64,000 bases of DNA. Origin: an uncultured virus (IMG/VR IMGVR_UViG_3300008952_000034). Lineage: Duplodnaviria > Heunggongvirae > Uroviricota > Caudoviricetes. Shown here in pieces: positions 10,219 to 19,665 of the stretch. The notes beneath the pieces are model-generated. The model searched no databases and was not told where the DNA came from. It worked only from the letters and a program-made list of their open reading frames with translations. The stretch's first letter is position 1. Each line of letters starts with the position of its first letter. Both the position numbers and the translations under genes were made by a program. The stretch spans positions 1 to 64,000 of the IMG/VR virus record IMGVR_UViG_3300008952_000034; one strand, written 5' to 3'.

Positions 10219-11027
10219 TATTTCCAATACAATTGTTCTGTTCTTTCACTTTTAATTTTGTCTTTAAAATCTTCTATGCTTGATTTACCTTGTGCTTTTC
10301 TATTGTCTCCTTTGAGATGATCCATAAATGTTCCTAATATCGAATTAACAAAAGGATGTTTTTTACCTAATCCAGATTCTCCTGTTATATCGTTACTAGA
10401 AGTACTATACTTGTTTTCAATTTCTTTTCTTGCAATATCAAATGTAAAACAATCTACCTGATATTCTAATTCAAACATCTTGCCTGATGTATATAAATTT
10501 TCAAACACATCTGCAAATTTTTTTATGTTAGGGTGTTGCAAATTATACATAATAAACCCTGTTTCAGAAAAAGGTAATCGTTTATTATTTGGTCTTCCTA
10601 TATATGCACACAAGTTATTATCTGGTAATAACTCTTCTAGTTTTTGCATTGGTGGCGTATCAAATGTAAGTGTATCTGCATCTATAAAAATTATTTTATC
10701 TGCTTTACTGTTTCTTATCATATGACACTGTGCAAATACTTTGTAACAATGTTTTATTGCATTATATCTAAAATCTTTTTTATCATTTCTTATTCCGTTT
10801 GCTTTGGGGGTGTTATACCGATCTAAGTATGGTTTAAGTTCTGGACATACTTCAAATATATCATATTCTTTTACTCTATCTAAACGCAAATTGGGCTGAA
10901 TGTTTTCACAATACAAATGTATTTTGACTTCTTGTGGCCAATACTTTAGAAATGTTTTTACCATTCTTTCTCCATACGAATGCCATCCTGCTTCGTGAAA
11001 CGTAGTAAAAATTTCTATCATTGTCAA
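10218..11027 (-). CDS. Putative glycosyltransferase, paralog 1 of 3
   Basis: IDAD, ETGF, DHLKG; aligns with 19666 and 21695 ORFs. Confidence 0.65.
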   Translation of the reverse strand: MTMIEIFTTFHEAGWHSYGERMVKTFLKYWPQEVKIHLYCENIQPNLRLDRVKEYDIFEVCPELKPYLDRYNTPKANGIRNDKKDFRYNAIKHCYKVFAQCHMIRNSKADKIIFIDADTLTFDTPPMQKLEELLPDNNLCAYIGRPNNKRLPFSETGFIMYNLQHPNIKKFADVFENLYTSGKMFELEYQVDCFTFDIARKEIENKYSTSSNDITGESGLGKKHPFVNSILGTFMDHLKGDNRKAQGKSSIEDFKDKIKSERTEQLYWK

Positions 11028-11084
11028 TATTTACTACAAAAATATTATTGGTTACTATTTCTTATAACCATAAGTAAACTTACT

Positions 11085-11270
11085 ATGAGAGATAAAATAC
11101 ACCTAATTAAACATTCAAAAAAACTTGCTGAAAGTAAAAAAGAAAAAACACTATTCAGAACTCAACGTCACCCCGTTGAAGCTGGCGCCCATGGTACTCT
11201 TAATTACACAATTAAAAAAGGTGTAAATAAGAACAAAATTGCTGACAATAAAATCATTAAAAGCAAATAA
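11085..11270 (+). CDS. Small basic hypothetical protein
   Basis: Internal ATG (MRDKIHL) of track ORF 10980..11270. Confidence 0.55.
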   Translation: MRDKIHLIKHSKKLAESKKEKTLFRTQRHPVEAGAHGTLNYTIKKGVNKNKIADNKIIKSK

Positions 11271-11305
11271 AAGTCCTACATTACCAATTGTAAATAATCG
11301 TGTAT

Positions 11306-11470
11306 ATGAAAAAGATGTTAAAAAAATTTTGGGATTGGAAAATAAAACTAATCCGTGACTATCCGGTTTGGTGTGCGTATGCGGCATGGCTGGAAGGAAT
11401 AATTATTGGGCTTTTAATTTACCATTACTTCCTAATAGAAAAATTAAGTTGCTGTGGAGTATATGGATAA
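11306..11470 (+). CDS. 54-aa Trp-rich membrane peptide (MKKMLKKFWDWKIK...), not in ORF track
   Basis: TAAATA at 11291; one TM; overlaps next ATG. Confidence 0.6.
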   Translation: MKKMLKKFWDWKIKLIRDYPVWCAYAAWLEGIIIGLLIYHYFLIEKLSCCGVYG

Positions 11471-11717
11471 AAAATTAGAACGAAATATAATACGGGCTCT
11501 CACTATAATATTAATTCTAATTGGCGTGTTTGGTTGTGCATCTGTTAAACCTATTACTAACTTAAAAACTAAAGAGATCACTACGCTCGATACCATATCA
11601 AAAATACCAACAATTGTTAGTGTATTAGGTTGTATGTTTGCACCGGGTAGTCCTAATTGTGACAAAGATATAAAAGACAAACCAGTATCGGCTATAACCG
11701 ATGCTGAAGTTGACTAA
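11463..11717 (+). CDS. Predicted lipoprotein
   Basis: Signal peptide with lipobox VFGC. Confidence 0.65.
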   Translation: MDKKLERNIIRALTIILILIGVFGCASVKPITNLKTKEITTLDTISKIPTIVSVLGCMFAPGSPNCDKDIKDKPVSAITDAEVD

Positions 11718-12028
11718 ATCGCTAATCTATTTTTATCAAAATCAATATCTAATAATTCGTCTGGCTTACCGTTTGGATATGATGGTTCGATTGTAAACTC
11801 TTCTCCTGTAAGATCATTCTTACAACCTGCTAATAACCAATCCCATTTAAAATTACCATCTACAACAAATTCCCAAAGCACATCATACGTTCCATTATCT
11901 CTAGTTTGTAAAAGTAATTCTTTTTTACAATCTTCCATTGTATTATATGTTTGTTGCATTTGAAACGTTTGTTGAGTATCGATTGGATTTTGTGTTATCA
12001 GATATGCTAAAATTAAAATTTTGTACAT
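11714..12028 (-). CDS. Hypothetical secreted protein with two Cys
   Basis: Hydrophobic N-terminus, YNTMEDC...AGC. Confidence 0.6.
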   Translation of the reverse strand: MYKILILAYLITQNPIDTQQTFQMQQTYNTMEDCKKELLLQTRDNGTYDVLWEFVVDGNFKWDWLLAGCKNDLTGEEFTIEPSYPNGKPDELLDIDFDKNRLAI

Positions 12029-12259
12029 CTATGAAAGATTAGCTGGCTTTTTTGGAAAATGTAATTCTAAAATATGTTGAAAGGGGGTTTTACCTGTTTG
12101 TTCATGCACTCCTGCTTGAATTGCACTAGAAATTATACCTGGTTGGTAATTTCCTGTAGCTATACTTGTTATTGAACTTGTTGTGATGCTACCCACTAAT
12201 GGTAATGCACAACCATTTAAAAACGTTATTACTAGTAATGCACCAACGATACGTTTCAT
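12029..12259 (-). CDS. Predicted lipoprotein
   Basis: Lipobox LNGC. Confidence 0.7.
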   Translation of the reverse strand: MKRIVGALLVITFLNGCALPLVGSITTSSITSIATGNYQPGIISSAIQAGVHEQTGKTPFQHILELHFPKKPANLS

Positions 12260-12279
12260 AGTGTTTTATTTGGGCCAAA

Positions 12280-12471
12280 CTACTCTGCAATTAAAGCACA
12301 GTTTTCTGTGTTGGCTTCCAATCCTTGATTTTTATCATATATCCAAAGGTATGAATATACAACTTCGTTACCGTTCACGGTACACTTTTTACCAAATGCG
12401 AGTTTTGGGTTTTTAATAGATCCACATCCTACTAGTAAAAGTGTTGTTAATATAATTAATATATTTTTCAT
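12280..12471 (-). CDS. Predicted lipoprotein
   Basis: Lipobox LVGC; sigma70-like promoter at 12510-12537. Confidence 0.7.
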   Translation of the reverse strand: MKNILIILTTLLLVGCGSIKNPKLAFGKKCTVNGNEVVYSYLWIYDKNQGLEANTENCALIAE

Positions 12472-12616
12472 ATACGTCCTGTAATATTATTTATCATAAT
12501 ATACTACTATAATAGCACATCTTCAAACATTGTCAACCCGGTAATAATTGTATACTGTTAAGATCTCTAGGAAAAATACGATAAATATACACGTATATAA
12601 ATTTAGGGAGAATATT

Positions 12617-12730
12617 ATGTTATTTACAATTGGACTAGTTTTGGGATTTGTAATAGGGTGGTATGTTAACGAGAAAGTTGAAAATCTTGCTGACAAGGCA
12701 AATCCATTAAAATGGTTTAAAAAAAAGTAA
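12617..12730 (+). CDS. 37-aa TM peptide with cationic tail (…NPLKWFKKK)
   Basis: GGGAG RBS, TAAATA upstream. Confidence 0.75.
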   Translation: MLFTIGLVLGFVIGWYVNEKVENLADKANPLKWFKKK

Positions 12731-12742
12731 TAAGGAGTAATT

Positions 12743-12916
12743 ATGTTGGAAGAGCTTAAAAAATGGATTATTGCCATTGCAAACGATTTTTGTAATAGTT
12801 CAATTGCAACCTCAGGTACAATCTGCGACGAAACTGTTGAAACTGCAGGTGCGATCTGTGATGGAACTCGTAAAGCTAATGCCGAATTTGTTAAAGCAAT
12901 CATGGGCAAAGAGTAA
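12743..12916 (+). CDS. 57-aa peptide with Cys at positions 17, 28 and 39
   Basis: AAGGAG RBS; MLEELKKWII... Confidence 0.75.
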   Translation: MLEELKKWIIAIANDFCNSSIATSGTICDETVETAGAICDGTRKANAEFVKAIMGKE

Positions 12917-12936
12917 GTAACAGAAGGAGAAAACTT

Positions 12937-13092
12937 ATGTGGAAACCAAATCTTAAAGGATTAACCGATAAGATCAAGAATGTTGGTACTAAAGTTACTG
13001 GCGCTGGAAAAGGGCTAGGAACTAAGGCTAAGAATCTTGGTAAAGGTTCTGTAGACAAAGTTAAAAAACTAAACCCATTTAAAAAAAAATAA
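12937..13092 (+). CDS. 51-aa Lys/Gly-rich amphipathic peptide with 11-mer repeats
   Basis: AAGGAG RBS; KGLTDKIKNVG / KGLGTKAKNLG / KGSVDKVKKLN. Confidence 0.75.
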   Translation: MWKPNLKGLTDKIKNVGTKVTGAGKGLGTKAKNLGKGSVDKVKKLNPFKKK

Positions 13093-13103
13093 GGAGGAAT
13101 CTT

Positions 13104-13247
13104 ATGTGGAAATGGCTTGAAAAAGTACTTGGCACATCTGAGCAACCTTTAATACTAACCAAGGAGGTAAAACCTAAATTGAAAACTTATAAAATTAAAG
13201 GAAGAACTTATTACCTTCGAAAAACGAAAAAGAAAGATAAAAAATAA
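13104..13247 (+). CDS. 47-aa cationic peptide (MWKWLEKVLG...)
   Basis: AGGAGG RBS. Confidence 0.75.
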   Translation: MWKWLEKVLGTSEQPLILTKEVKPKLKTYKIKGRTYYLRKTKKKDKK

Positions 13248-13250
13248 AAT

Positions 13251-13421
13251 ATGTGGACATGGTTAAAAAAAATAATTAGTGCTGAAGCAGTAGTTTTAGA
13301 TAAAAAACCTAAACGTGCAAGAACTAAACGTGGACGCTATAAAGGTGATAACAAATCTACTAAAGACTACAACGAAGCATGGGTTGGCGGCAAAGCGCCT
13401 AAAAGAAAACGAAGACGGTAG
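13251..13421 (+). CDS. 56-aa cationic peptide (MWTWLKKIIS...NEAWVGGKAPKRKRRR)
   Basis: Starts 3 nt after previous stop. Confidence 0.7.
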   Translation: MWTWLKKIISAEAVVLDKKPKRARTKRGRYKGDNKSTKDYNEAWVGGKAPKRKRRR

Positions 13422-13499
13422 TTGGCAAATACTAGACATCCTTGGCCAACACGAACAAGCCTATAGAGAAAAGAAATCCTGGGAGTAATTAATCATCAA

Positions 13500-13628
13500 A
13501 TGAAAAAAAATTATAATGAATGGGAACGGATAAGTGTCTGGACTTTACGTGTTATGGTAGCAATGGCTTTTATTCTTGCATTTCTTATTATTACTGGAAA
13601 AATCGATTTATGGCTTGGATTAAATTAA
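13500..13628 (+). CDS. 42-aa single-TM peptide
   Basis: MKKNYNEWERISVWTLRVMVAMAFILAFLII... Confidence 0.5.
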   Translation: MKKNYNEWERISVWTLRVMVAMAFILAFLIITGKIDLWLGLN

Positions 13629-13771
13629 CAATATTAACATTATTACTATGTGTTGCCTGTGCAAAAACAAATCAAACTTTTATACTCGACCCTTCAATTA
13701 CATATCCTGAAGAAAGAAATGTTGCTGTTGCCTGGCCTGTTCTTCCCGTTACTATAGAAGAAATTAAATAA
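13610..13771 (+). CDS. Predicted small lipoprotein
   Basis: MAWIKLTILTLLLCVAC lipobox. Confidence 0.55.
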   Translation: MAWIKLTILTLLLCVACAKTNQTFILDPSITYPEERNVAVAWPVLPVTIEEIK

Positions 13772-13775
13772 TACT

Positions 13776-14786
13776 ATGTCGTTGATATATTCACCAATTC
13801 CGGTTTGTCTGGCATTTGAACCAATCAATTTATGTAATGCTCAATGTTTTTGTTGTCCATATACTGAATTTGCTACGGATAAAACGTTTATAAAACAAAA
13901 AATGTCAGTAGAACAAATAACACAATTAATGGATGATTGGGGTAATTTACTAAGAAAACATAATATAAAACCGTGGTCGGTTTCTGTTTTGCCGTGGCGA
14001 TATTCAGATCCTTTACTCAACCCCCATTTAGATACTGTATTACAATTAGCAGACAAGCATAAAACAAGAGTAAGTCTTACAACAAATGCTATATCGTTTG
14101 GTAAACGACAATGTGACCTTTTACAAAAATATAGTCATACATTAACAAAAATATTCATTTCAGTAATAGGATTTACTGAAAAAGAAGTATGGGAACAAAT
14201 GAAAGTTCACAGAAAAAAAGTGTTTCAAAGTTTAGAATTTGTAAGAGATAACTACCCTAATCTATCTAAGTTGATGAAAATTGCTATTAAAAATAGAAGC
14301 CAGGATCTTCCTCCAGGAGATACAGTAGAGGAATATGCAAAAAGAACATTAGGAAAAGCTACAGGAAAAGGTAATTGGATGAGTAATAGATTAGGAAAAG
14401 GAGATGCCGTTTGGGCGAAGCCTGTTAAATGGAATCCGGGTCCTAACAGTTTTGTTAATGGGTGTGGCCTAACTCCCGGAAAAATATTAAATCGTTTAGA
14501 AATCATGGTTAATGGTCGAGCGGCCCTTTGTTGTGATATGTCTTATGATCGTAATCATCCTATTGAGCAAACAAATTACGGTAATGTGTTCGATATTGGT
14601 ATTGAGGGTGTTTGGGCTAACTTAACAAAACAACACCAACTAATATACGATCAAAAGTATTCTGAAAAGAAACTAGGATTAATATGCAATAACTGTGATA
14701 GGTCTGGAATAAGCAGTATGGGTTGGAAACTTAAAGACACTATACAACGCCAACAAAAGTATAAAAGAAAGTTTTTTGATAGATAG
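13776..14786 (+). CDS. Radical SAM protein with C-terminal SPASM/twitch domain
   Basis: CNAQCFCC, TTNA, C-terminal C...CCD...GNV...CNNC. Confidence 0.88.
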   Translation: MSLIYSPIPVCLAFEPINLCNAQCFCCPYTEFATDKTFIKQKMSVEQITQLMDDWGNLLRKHNIKPWSVSVLPWRYSDPLLNPHLDTVLQLADKHKTRVSLTTNAISFGKRQCDLLQKYSHTLTKIFISVIGFTEKEVWEQMKVHRKKVFQSLEFVRDNYPNLSKLMKIAIKNRSQDLPPGDTVEEYAKRTLGKATGKGNWMSNRLGKGDAVWAKPVKWNPGPNSFVNGCGLTPGKILNRLEIMVNGRAALCCDMSYDRNHPIEQTNYGNVFDIGIEGVWANLTKQHQLIYDQKYSEKKLGLICNNCDRSGISSMGWKLKDTIQRQQKYKRKFFDR

Positions 14787-14798
14787 CATATAAAATAA

Positions 14799-14922
14799 TT
14801 TACAAAATTTACAATTTGTAAATTCTTTACAAAAAAGTTGTAAATTTATTTACATCGTTTACAACGTACGACTTGATTTTTAACCATTTTTCTATTAATT
14901 TACAATAAATAAATTTTGTAAA
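14799..14922. repeat. Nine TTTACA/TGTAAA hexamers in an AT-rich intergenic stretch
   Basis: Copies at 14799, 14808, 14817, 14826, 14839, 14849, 14858, 14899, 14917. Confidence 0.85.
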
Positions 14923-14930
14923 GAAATTTT

Positions 14931-15128
14931 ATGAAAAAAGAAAAAGAAACAAGTAACTGTGTAATACGTGATGACAATCACGATTGGGGTGGTGCGGAAC
15001 CTGTAATTGAATACTCACCAATGCCGGAAGAAATAATTAAAGATGCTGATACTTTGCTAAACGAGTTACTTAAAAAATTTCCAGAAATTCATATCGACGA
15101 ACCTATGAATTGGCCTTTTCGTAGTTAA
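14931..15128 (+). CDS. Hypothetical protein
   Basis: ORF track, plausible composition. Confidence 0.5.
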   Translation: MKKEKETSNCVIRDDNHDWGGAEPVIEYSPMPEEIIKDADTLLNELLKKFPEIHIDEPMNWPFRS

Positions 15129-15131
15129 TTT

Positions 15132-15698
15132 TTATTCAATTATAGTAGCAATAAAATGAACACGGTGTTCGTGTCCACCATTAAGTGCAGTATGATATTT
15201 GGTATTATCAGTTATCCATGCATGGCCATCTGCTTTTAAATGTCGAGCTTCATTATCCACGACAGCAATACAACCCGGATTAGTTACAATCGGAATATGC
15301 AACCTACGTTCAGGATCACGATGCCATCTAATAACTGTCAATGAATTCTTCCAAACAAGTCTTGTTCTGCCGAGCTTGTACTTTGTTGATAAAGAATCGT
15401 ATACGTGTTTAAAGTATGTATGTTCTAATACTTTCACAAACTGACTGTACTTTGCTTCGTCTACTAACTCTAGTCTTTGTTGTTCTTTGTAGTTGTTATC
15501 GTATTCCCAATAACGACCTAACACATTACCGCCCGTGATAGAATTTTTATCTCCTGGTACTTGCGTTAAGCAAATTGCACCACCGTCATTTGTATCGCCA
15601 TAATATTGCTGTTGTTGAACTATACTTTCACACTCTTTAAGAGCTGTTTGCATTTTATCAACGTCAAACATAAATGGTGTTATCTCAAAATTTTGCAT
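15132..15698 (-). CDS. Aspartyl/asparaginyl beta-hydroxylase-like 2OG-Fe(II) oxygenase
   Basis: WHRD, RLHIPIVTNP, HTALNGG, RVH. Confidence 0.75.
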   Translation of the reverse strand: MQNFEITPFMFDVDKMQTALKECESIVQQQQYYGDTNDGGAICLTQVPGDKNSITGGNVLGRYWEYDNNYKEQQRLELVDEAKYSQFVKVLEHTYFKHVYDSLSTKYKLGRTRLVWKNSLTVIRWHRDPERRLHIPIVTNPGCIAVVDNEARHLKADGHAWITDNTKYHTALNGGHEHRVHFIATIIE

Positions 15699-15700
15699 CT

Positions 15701-15916
15701 TTACTTACTGTGTGGAGGTAATTTCTTTTCAACCCACCAACGATGCTTACGTGTAATGGGATCGTACTTACGTACTTTTAACTTTTGATTTTTCTTTTCA
15801 CCTTTATTAGGTTTCATTGCATAATAATAAAATGCGTGATCTTTTGAATCTGAATCTTCTGGAACTAGTCTTACTTTAGTATAAGGTCGTTTAGTTTTTG
15901 GTTTATCTGCTGGCAT
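15701..15916 (-). CDS. rpmG: Ribosomal protein bL33 homolog (Cys-free type)
   Basis: KVRL...YYYAMK...KLKVRKYDPITRKHRWWVEKK. Confidence 0.85.
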   Translation of the reverse strand: MPADKPKTKRPYTKVRLVPEDSDSKDHAFYYYAMKPNKGEKKNQKLKVRKYDPITRKHRWWVEKKLPPHSK

Positions 15917-16965
15917 TAACTTTCCATTGTTGTTAATATACGATTAGTAACCTTATAAGGATCAGCATTACCTGACGGGCGTCTGTCTTCTAAATAACCT
16001 TTCCAATTATTTTGTGTAAGTGCTAATGGAATTCTAATACTTGCTCCTCTATCACTAACACCGTAACTAAACTTATCAATGTGTTGTGTTTCGTGTAAGC
16101 CAGTTAAACGTTCATCATTCTTACTACCGTACTCTGCAATATGTTCTTTATGAAAAGAACTAAACAGATCGCAAATACTTTTAATATAATCTTCTCCACC
16201 TTCGTTTCTCATCTTATCAGTTGAGAAGTTAGTATGCATACCGTTGCCATTCCAATCTCCCTTAATTGGTTTTGCTTCAATGTTAACATCTATGCCATAT
16301 TTTTCTGCTGTTCTATAAAGTATATAACGTGCCATCCAAGCATTATCCGCGGCTTTTTTTGCACCTCTGCCAAACACTTGATACTCCCATTGTCCTAACA
16401 TTACTTCTGCGTTTGTTCCGTGTAATGATATTCCTGCTTTCAAACAATTTGAAATATGTTCATGCATTATGTCTCTACCTGTAAACATCCTTGCTCCTAC
16501 ACGATTAGCATTACCTACTAAGGTTTGGCCAACGTTGGCTGTACCTATTCCGCAATAATAATCACCTTGTTCTTTTGGATACCCTTCTGTAGGCCAACCT
16601 AATGGGCGTTCATTTTCAATAAACGTATACTCTTGTTCAAAACCAAACCAATATTCTTTTTGGTTCTCACTTGTAATTTTTGCTCTTGTATTTGATATGT
16701 GTGGCGTTCCATCTGCATTGTACACTTCACATAACACTATTTGATCAGAATCAAATGGACTATTGTATAAACGTATAGGTTTTAATACACAGTCCGAACT
16801 TGATCCTTTTGCTTGTTGTGTACTTGATCCATCAAATCCCCACTCAGGAACTTCTAATAAGTTTGTACAATATCTGTCTATGATTTTAATTTTTGATCTT
16901 AAAGTAGCTTCGGGTTGATATCCATCTAGCCAAACATATTCTAGTTTATTTTTTTTAACTTCCAT
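15916..16965 (-). CDS. glnII: Glutamine synthetase type II
   Basis: LEYVWLDG, LRSK, WGFDGSST, WFGFEQEY, DWNGNGMH, RLTGLHET, GYLEDRRP. Confidence 0.95.
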   Translation of the reverse strand: MEVKKNKLEYVWLDGYQPEATLRSKIKIIDRYCTNLLEVPEWGFDGSSTQQAKGSSSDCVLKPIRLYNSPFDSDQIVLCEVYNADGTPHISNTRAKITSENQKEYWFGFEQEYTFIENERPLGWPTEGYPKEQGDYYCGIGTANVGQTLVGNANRVGARMFTGRDIMHEHISNCLKAGISLHGTNAEVMLGQWEYQVFGRGAKKAADNAWMARYILYRTAEKYGIDVNIEAKPIKGDWNGNGMHTNFSTDKMRNEGGEDYIKSICDLFSSFHKEHIAEYGSKNDERLTGLHETQHIDKFSYGVSDRGASIRIPLALTQNNWKGYLEDRRPSGNADPYKVTNRILTTMES

Positions 16966-17202
16966 TCTTTTCCTTCCATCTTTTATATCCTTTTATCCAG
17001 TAGTCTTCTTCGCTGTGTAGTCCTTCTACAAACGACTCAAAATCGGCTGTAATAGAATAAGGTTTAATTCTTGTGTCTTTCTTTAACAGTTTCCAAAACT
17101 TCTTTTCTCTTTTCTTTGCCATATCTAAATCCTAGGTAGTAAGCTACTACTATGAATGCTGTAATCAATACTGTGTGCCAAATATAAAACATATTGTATA
17201 TA

Positions 17203-18075
17203 TTAATTAAACACTGCGTTTAAATGTGATTGTGGTTTCCTTATATTGTTTGCAATAGCATCATCTTTTGATATTCTGTGTAAACTATTTCCTTCTACTC
17301 TGTAGTAAGGCTGGTTAACAAATTTAATATGTTTTTCTTTATCCAACACCTCGTTTAACTCAACTTTGTCGTACGGCGATTGGATATATGCATCTGAGTC
17401 GGCAATAGGTTTAACCTTTTCTCTATCCAGTTTATGTTTTATGTACAATGCCTGTGTGCCACACAGTACCATACACATAGGAACTACAACTTTATCGCCA
17501 AAGTAATCTTTAAATTCCTGCATAAAACTTTTAGGATATTTGTGAACGCACATACCAAACGTGGTCCAATGGCTATAGTCGTGATTGAGTGTTCTAGCAT
17601 ATTCGTACACTTGAAAAAATATTGGTTGATAAATGTCTCTTGCCATACAGAATTGATGCATAGGATCATTGCCTTGTTGAGATACATATGGCGCCCAGTT
17701 GTTCCACCAATTAGATTCATTGTTGTCTTCAAACATCCAGTCTGGCAACAGGGAACCCCCGGGCCAGTCTCCGGTGTCTTTGTATTCGTTGTGTTGTTCG
17801 GGTGTGCTTTTTTCTAACAGCCACACTGCCGCGTGAGATACATTGAATGGATCACGGTGGGTGAATCCACCATTCTGTGTGCAAACCCAGTTGATAAACT
17901 TATCTGCTAGTCCTACACGGTCTGGCAACCATAGTCTAAAGTTGAGTCTGTTGTCAAATGGAACTCTCAGTGCATTGTACACTGCTTGATTTACATGATT
18001 GGATGCAGGATCTTTGCTGTGATCTGCGTAACCTACTGTTTGATAAATTAAGTTTCTGTCTCTTTGTATTTTCAT
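17203..18075 (-). CDS. Hypothetical protein (aromatic-rich)
   Basis: 290-aa ORF in operon context. Confidence 0.65.
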   Translation of the reverse strand: MKIQRDRNLIYQTVGYADHSKDPASNHVNQAVYNALRVPFDNRLNFRLWLPDRVGLADKFINWVCTQNGGFTHRDPFNVSHAAVWLLEKSTPEQHNEYKDTGDWPGGSLLPDWMFEDNNESNWWNNWAPYVSQQGNDPMHQFCMARDIYQPIFFQVYEYARTLNHDYSHWTTFGMCVHKYPKSFMQEFKDYFGDKVVVPMCMVLCGTQALYIKHKLDREKVKPIADSDAYIQSPYDKVELNEVLDKEKHIKFVNQPYYRVEGNSLHRISKDDAIANNIRKPQSHLNAVFN

Positions 18076-18077
18076 TG

Positions 18078-18683
18078 TTATTGCTCCTGTTTGTTGTCGT
18101 CTTCTCTACTAGTTACTATTTTATCTGCAAGTCCATAAGCTACTGCCTCGTCTGGTGTCATGAATTTATCTCTTTCCATATCATCTTTAAGTTTATCTAA
18201 AGGTTGCCCTGTGTGCTTTTCATAAATTTTTGTAAGTTCGTCCTTCCATCTTAACAATTCATTAGCTTGAATTTGTACATCTGTTGCTTGTCCTCTTGCT
18301 CCACCTAATGGTTGGTGTATCATATGTCTACCGTGTGGTAACATAAATCTTTTTCCCTTTGTTCCTGCTGTGGCAAGTAATGATCCCATTGAACAGGCTT
18401 GTCCAACAACAATAGTTTGTATGTCAGAGCGGACGTACTGCATGGTATCATATATCGCCATACCAGCAGTAACTAATCCGCCTGGGGAGTTTATGTATAA
18501 TGTAATATCTTTTTTGCTGTCTTGTGATTCTAAAAATAACAATTGGGCACACAATACTGATGATGTGCGTTCATCAATTGGGCCTTCCAACATTATAATT
18601 CTGTCTTTAAGTAAGCGAGAGAATATGTCGTAACTACGTTCTCCTTTACTTGTTTGTTCTATTACTATCGGTGTTAGTGGCAT
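18078..18683 (-). CDS. clpP: ATP-dependent Clp protease proteolytic subunit
   Basis: [33 protein letters not shown]. Confidence 0.97.
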   Translation of the reverse strand: MPLTPIVIEQTSKGERSYDIFSRLLKDRIIMLEGPIDERTSSVLCAQLLFLESQDSKKDITLYINSPGGLVTAGMAIYDTMQYVRSDIQTIVVGQACSMGSLLATAGTKGKRFMLPHGRHMIHQPLGGARGQATDVQIQANELLRWKDELTKIYEKHTGQPLDKLKDDMERDKFMTPDEAVAYGLADKIVTSREDDNKQEQ

Positions 18684-18707
18684 ATAATTTATTGTATACT
18701 AAAAAAG

Positions 18708-19649
18708 TTATTTTGTCAATACTTGGCTTTTAACATATTCGAATGTTCTACGTAAGCCTTCTTCTAATGGAAAGTTTGGTTTCCATCCTGTAAGTTTCAT
18801 TATTTTGGTATTATCAGAATTTCTTCTCATACATCCAGCCGGACCTGCTGGAAGATATTTTTTTGTGATTTGTTTACCAGATATCTTTATTAACATATCA
18901 GCAAGTTGTGTCATTGTAATTGCCTCATCTGATCCCATATTGATTGGAATATGAACATTGTTTTCTATAAGTTTATCAAGTCCTACCATTAGGTCATCTA
19001 TATAACAGAAAGATCTAATTTGTGTTCCGTCTCCCCATATTTCTATTTCGCCTGGGTCTGATGCATTTAATATCTTAACACACATCGCGGCAACTACTTT
19101 TGAGTTTTCAAAAATATCTGAGTAAGGCCCATACATCGCATGGAATATTGGTAATGCAACTTTCATATCATAATACTTTGCATACTCTTGTACCAACTGC
19201 ATATTGTAAAGTTTTTCCATTCCGTATATATTTCCTGCAGGCTTGGCTGGCCATATGTGTTCATCTTCATTTAAGTCTGGACCATTGTGTCCTTGCACAT
19301 CTGTATTGTACATCATGGCCGAACAAGCATAAATGAAATGTGATTTATTCTTTGCCGCAAAGTCTAATGCATGAATTGATTGTATTGGATTACTTCTTCC
19401 GGTTGCCATTTGTGCTGAGCCGACAAACTTAGAGTTTGGTACGTCAGCCGACAAATGATAAACTCTATCAAAGTCGTTTTCAATTGTAATTTTATTTTCC
19501 ATATTATGGCCATGGAACTCATCAACAAAAACAGGATCACCTGTTTTAAGTTTTTTATCTAAACCAACAACGTAATGTCCTTGTTTCTTTAAATGCTGTG
19601 CTAAATTTTTTGCTATGAACCCTTGACAACCTGTAATAAGAACTTTCAT
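18708..19649 (-). CDS. NAD-dependent epimerase (GDP-mannose 3,5-epimerase-like)
   Basis: TGCQGFIA, YGMEKL, IWGDGTQIRSFCYIDD, RNSDN. Confidence 0.85.
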   Translation of the reverse strand: MKVLITGCQGFIAKNLAQHLKKQGHYVVGLDKKLKTGDPVFVDEFHGHNMENKITIENDFDRVYHLSADVPNSKFVGSAQMATGRSNPIQSIHALDFAAKNKSHFIYACSAMMYNTDVQGHNGPDLNEDEHIWPAKPAGNIYGMEKLYNMQLVQEYAKYYDMKVALPIFHAMYGPYSDIFENSKVVAAMCVKILNASDPGEIEIWGDGTQIRSFCYIDDLMVGLDKLIENNVHIPINMGSDEAITMTQLADMLIKISGKQITKKYLPAGPAGCMRRNSDNTKIMKLTGWKPNFPLEEGLRRTFEYVKSQVLTK

Positions 19650-19665
19650 GCTTCTATTTAATTTT

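Noticed and set aside
12523..13145. Minus-strand track ORFs 12523-12909 and 12900-13145
   Set aside because: They lie opposite four RBS-led plus-strand peptide genes.
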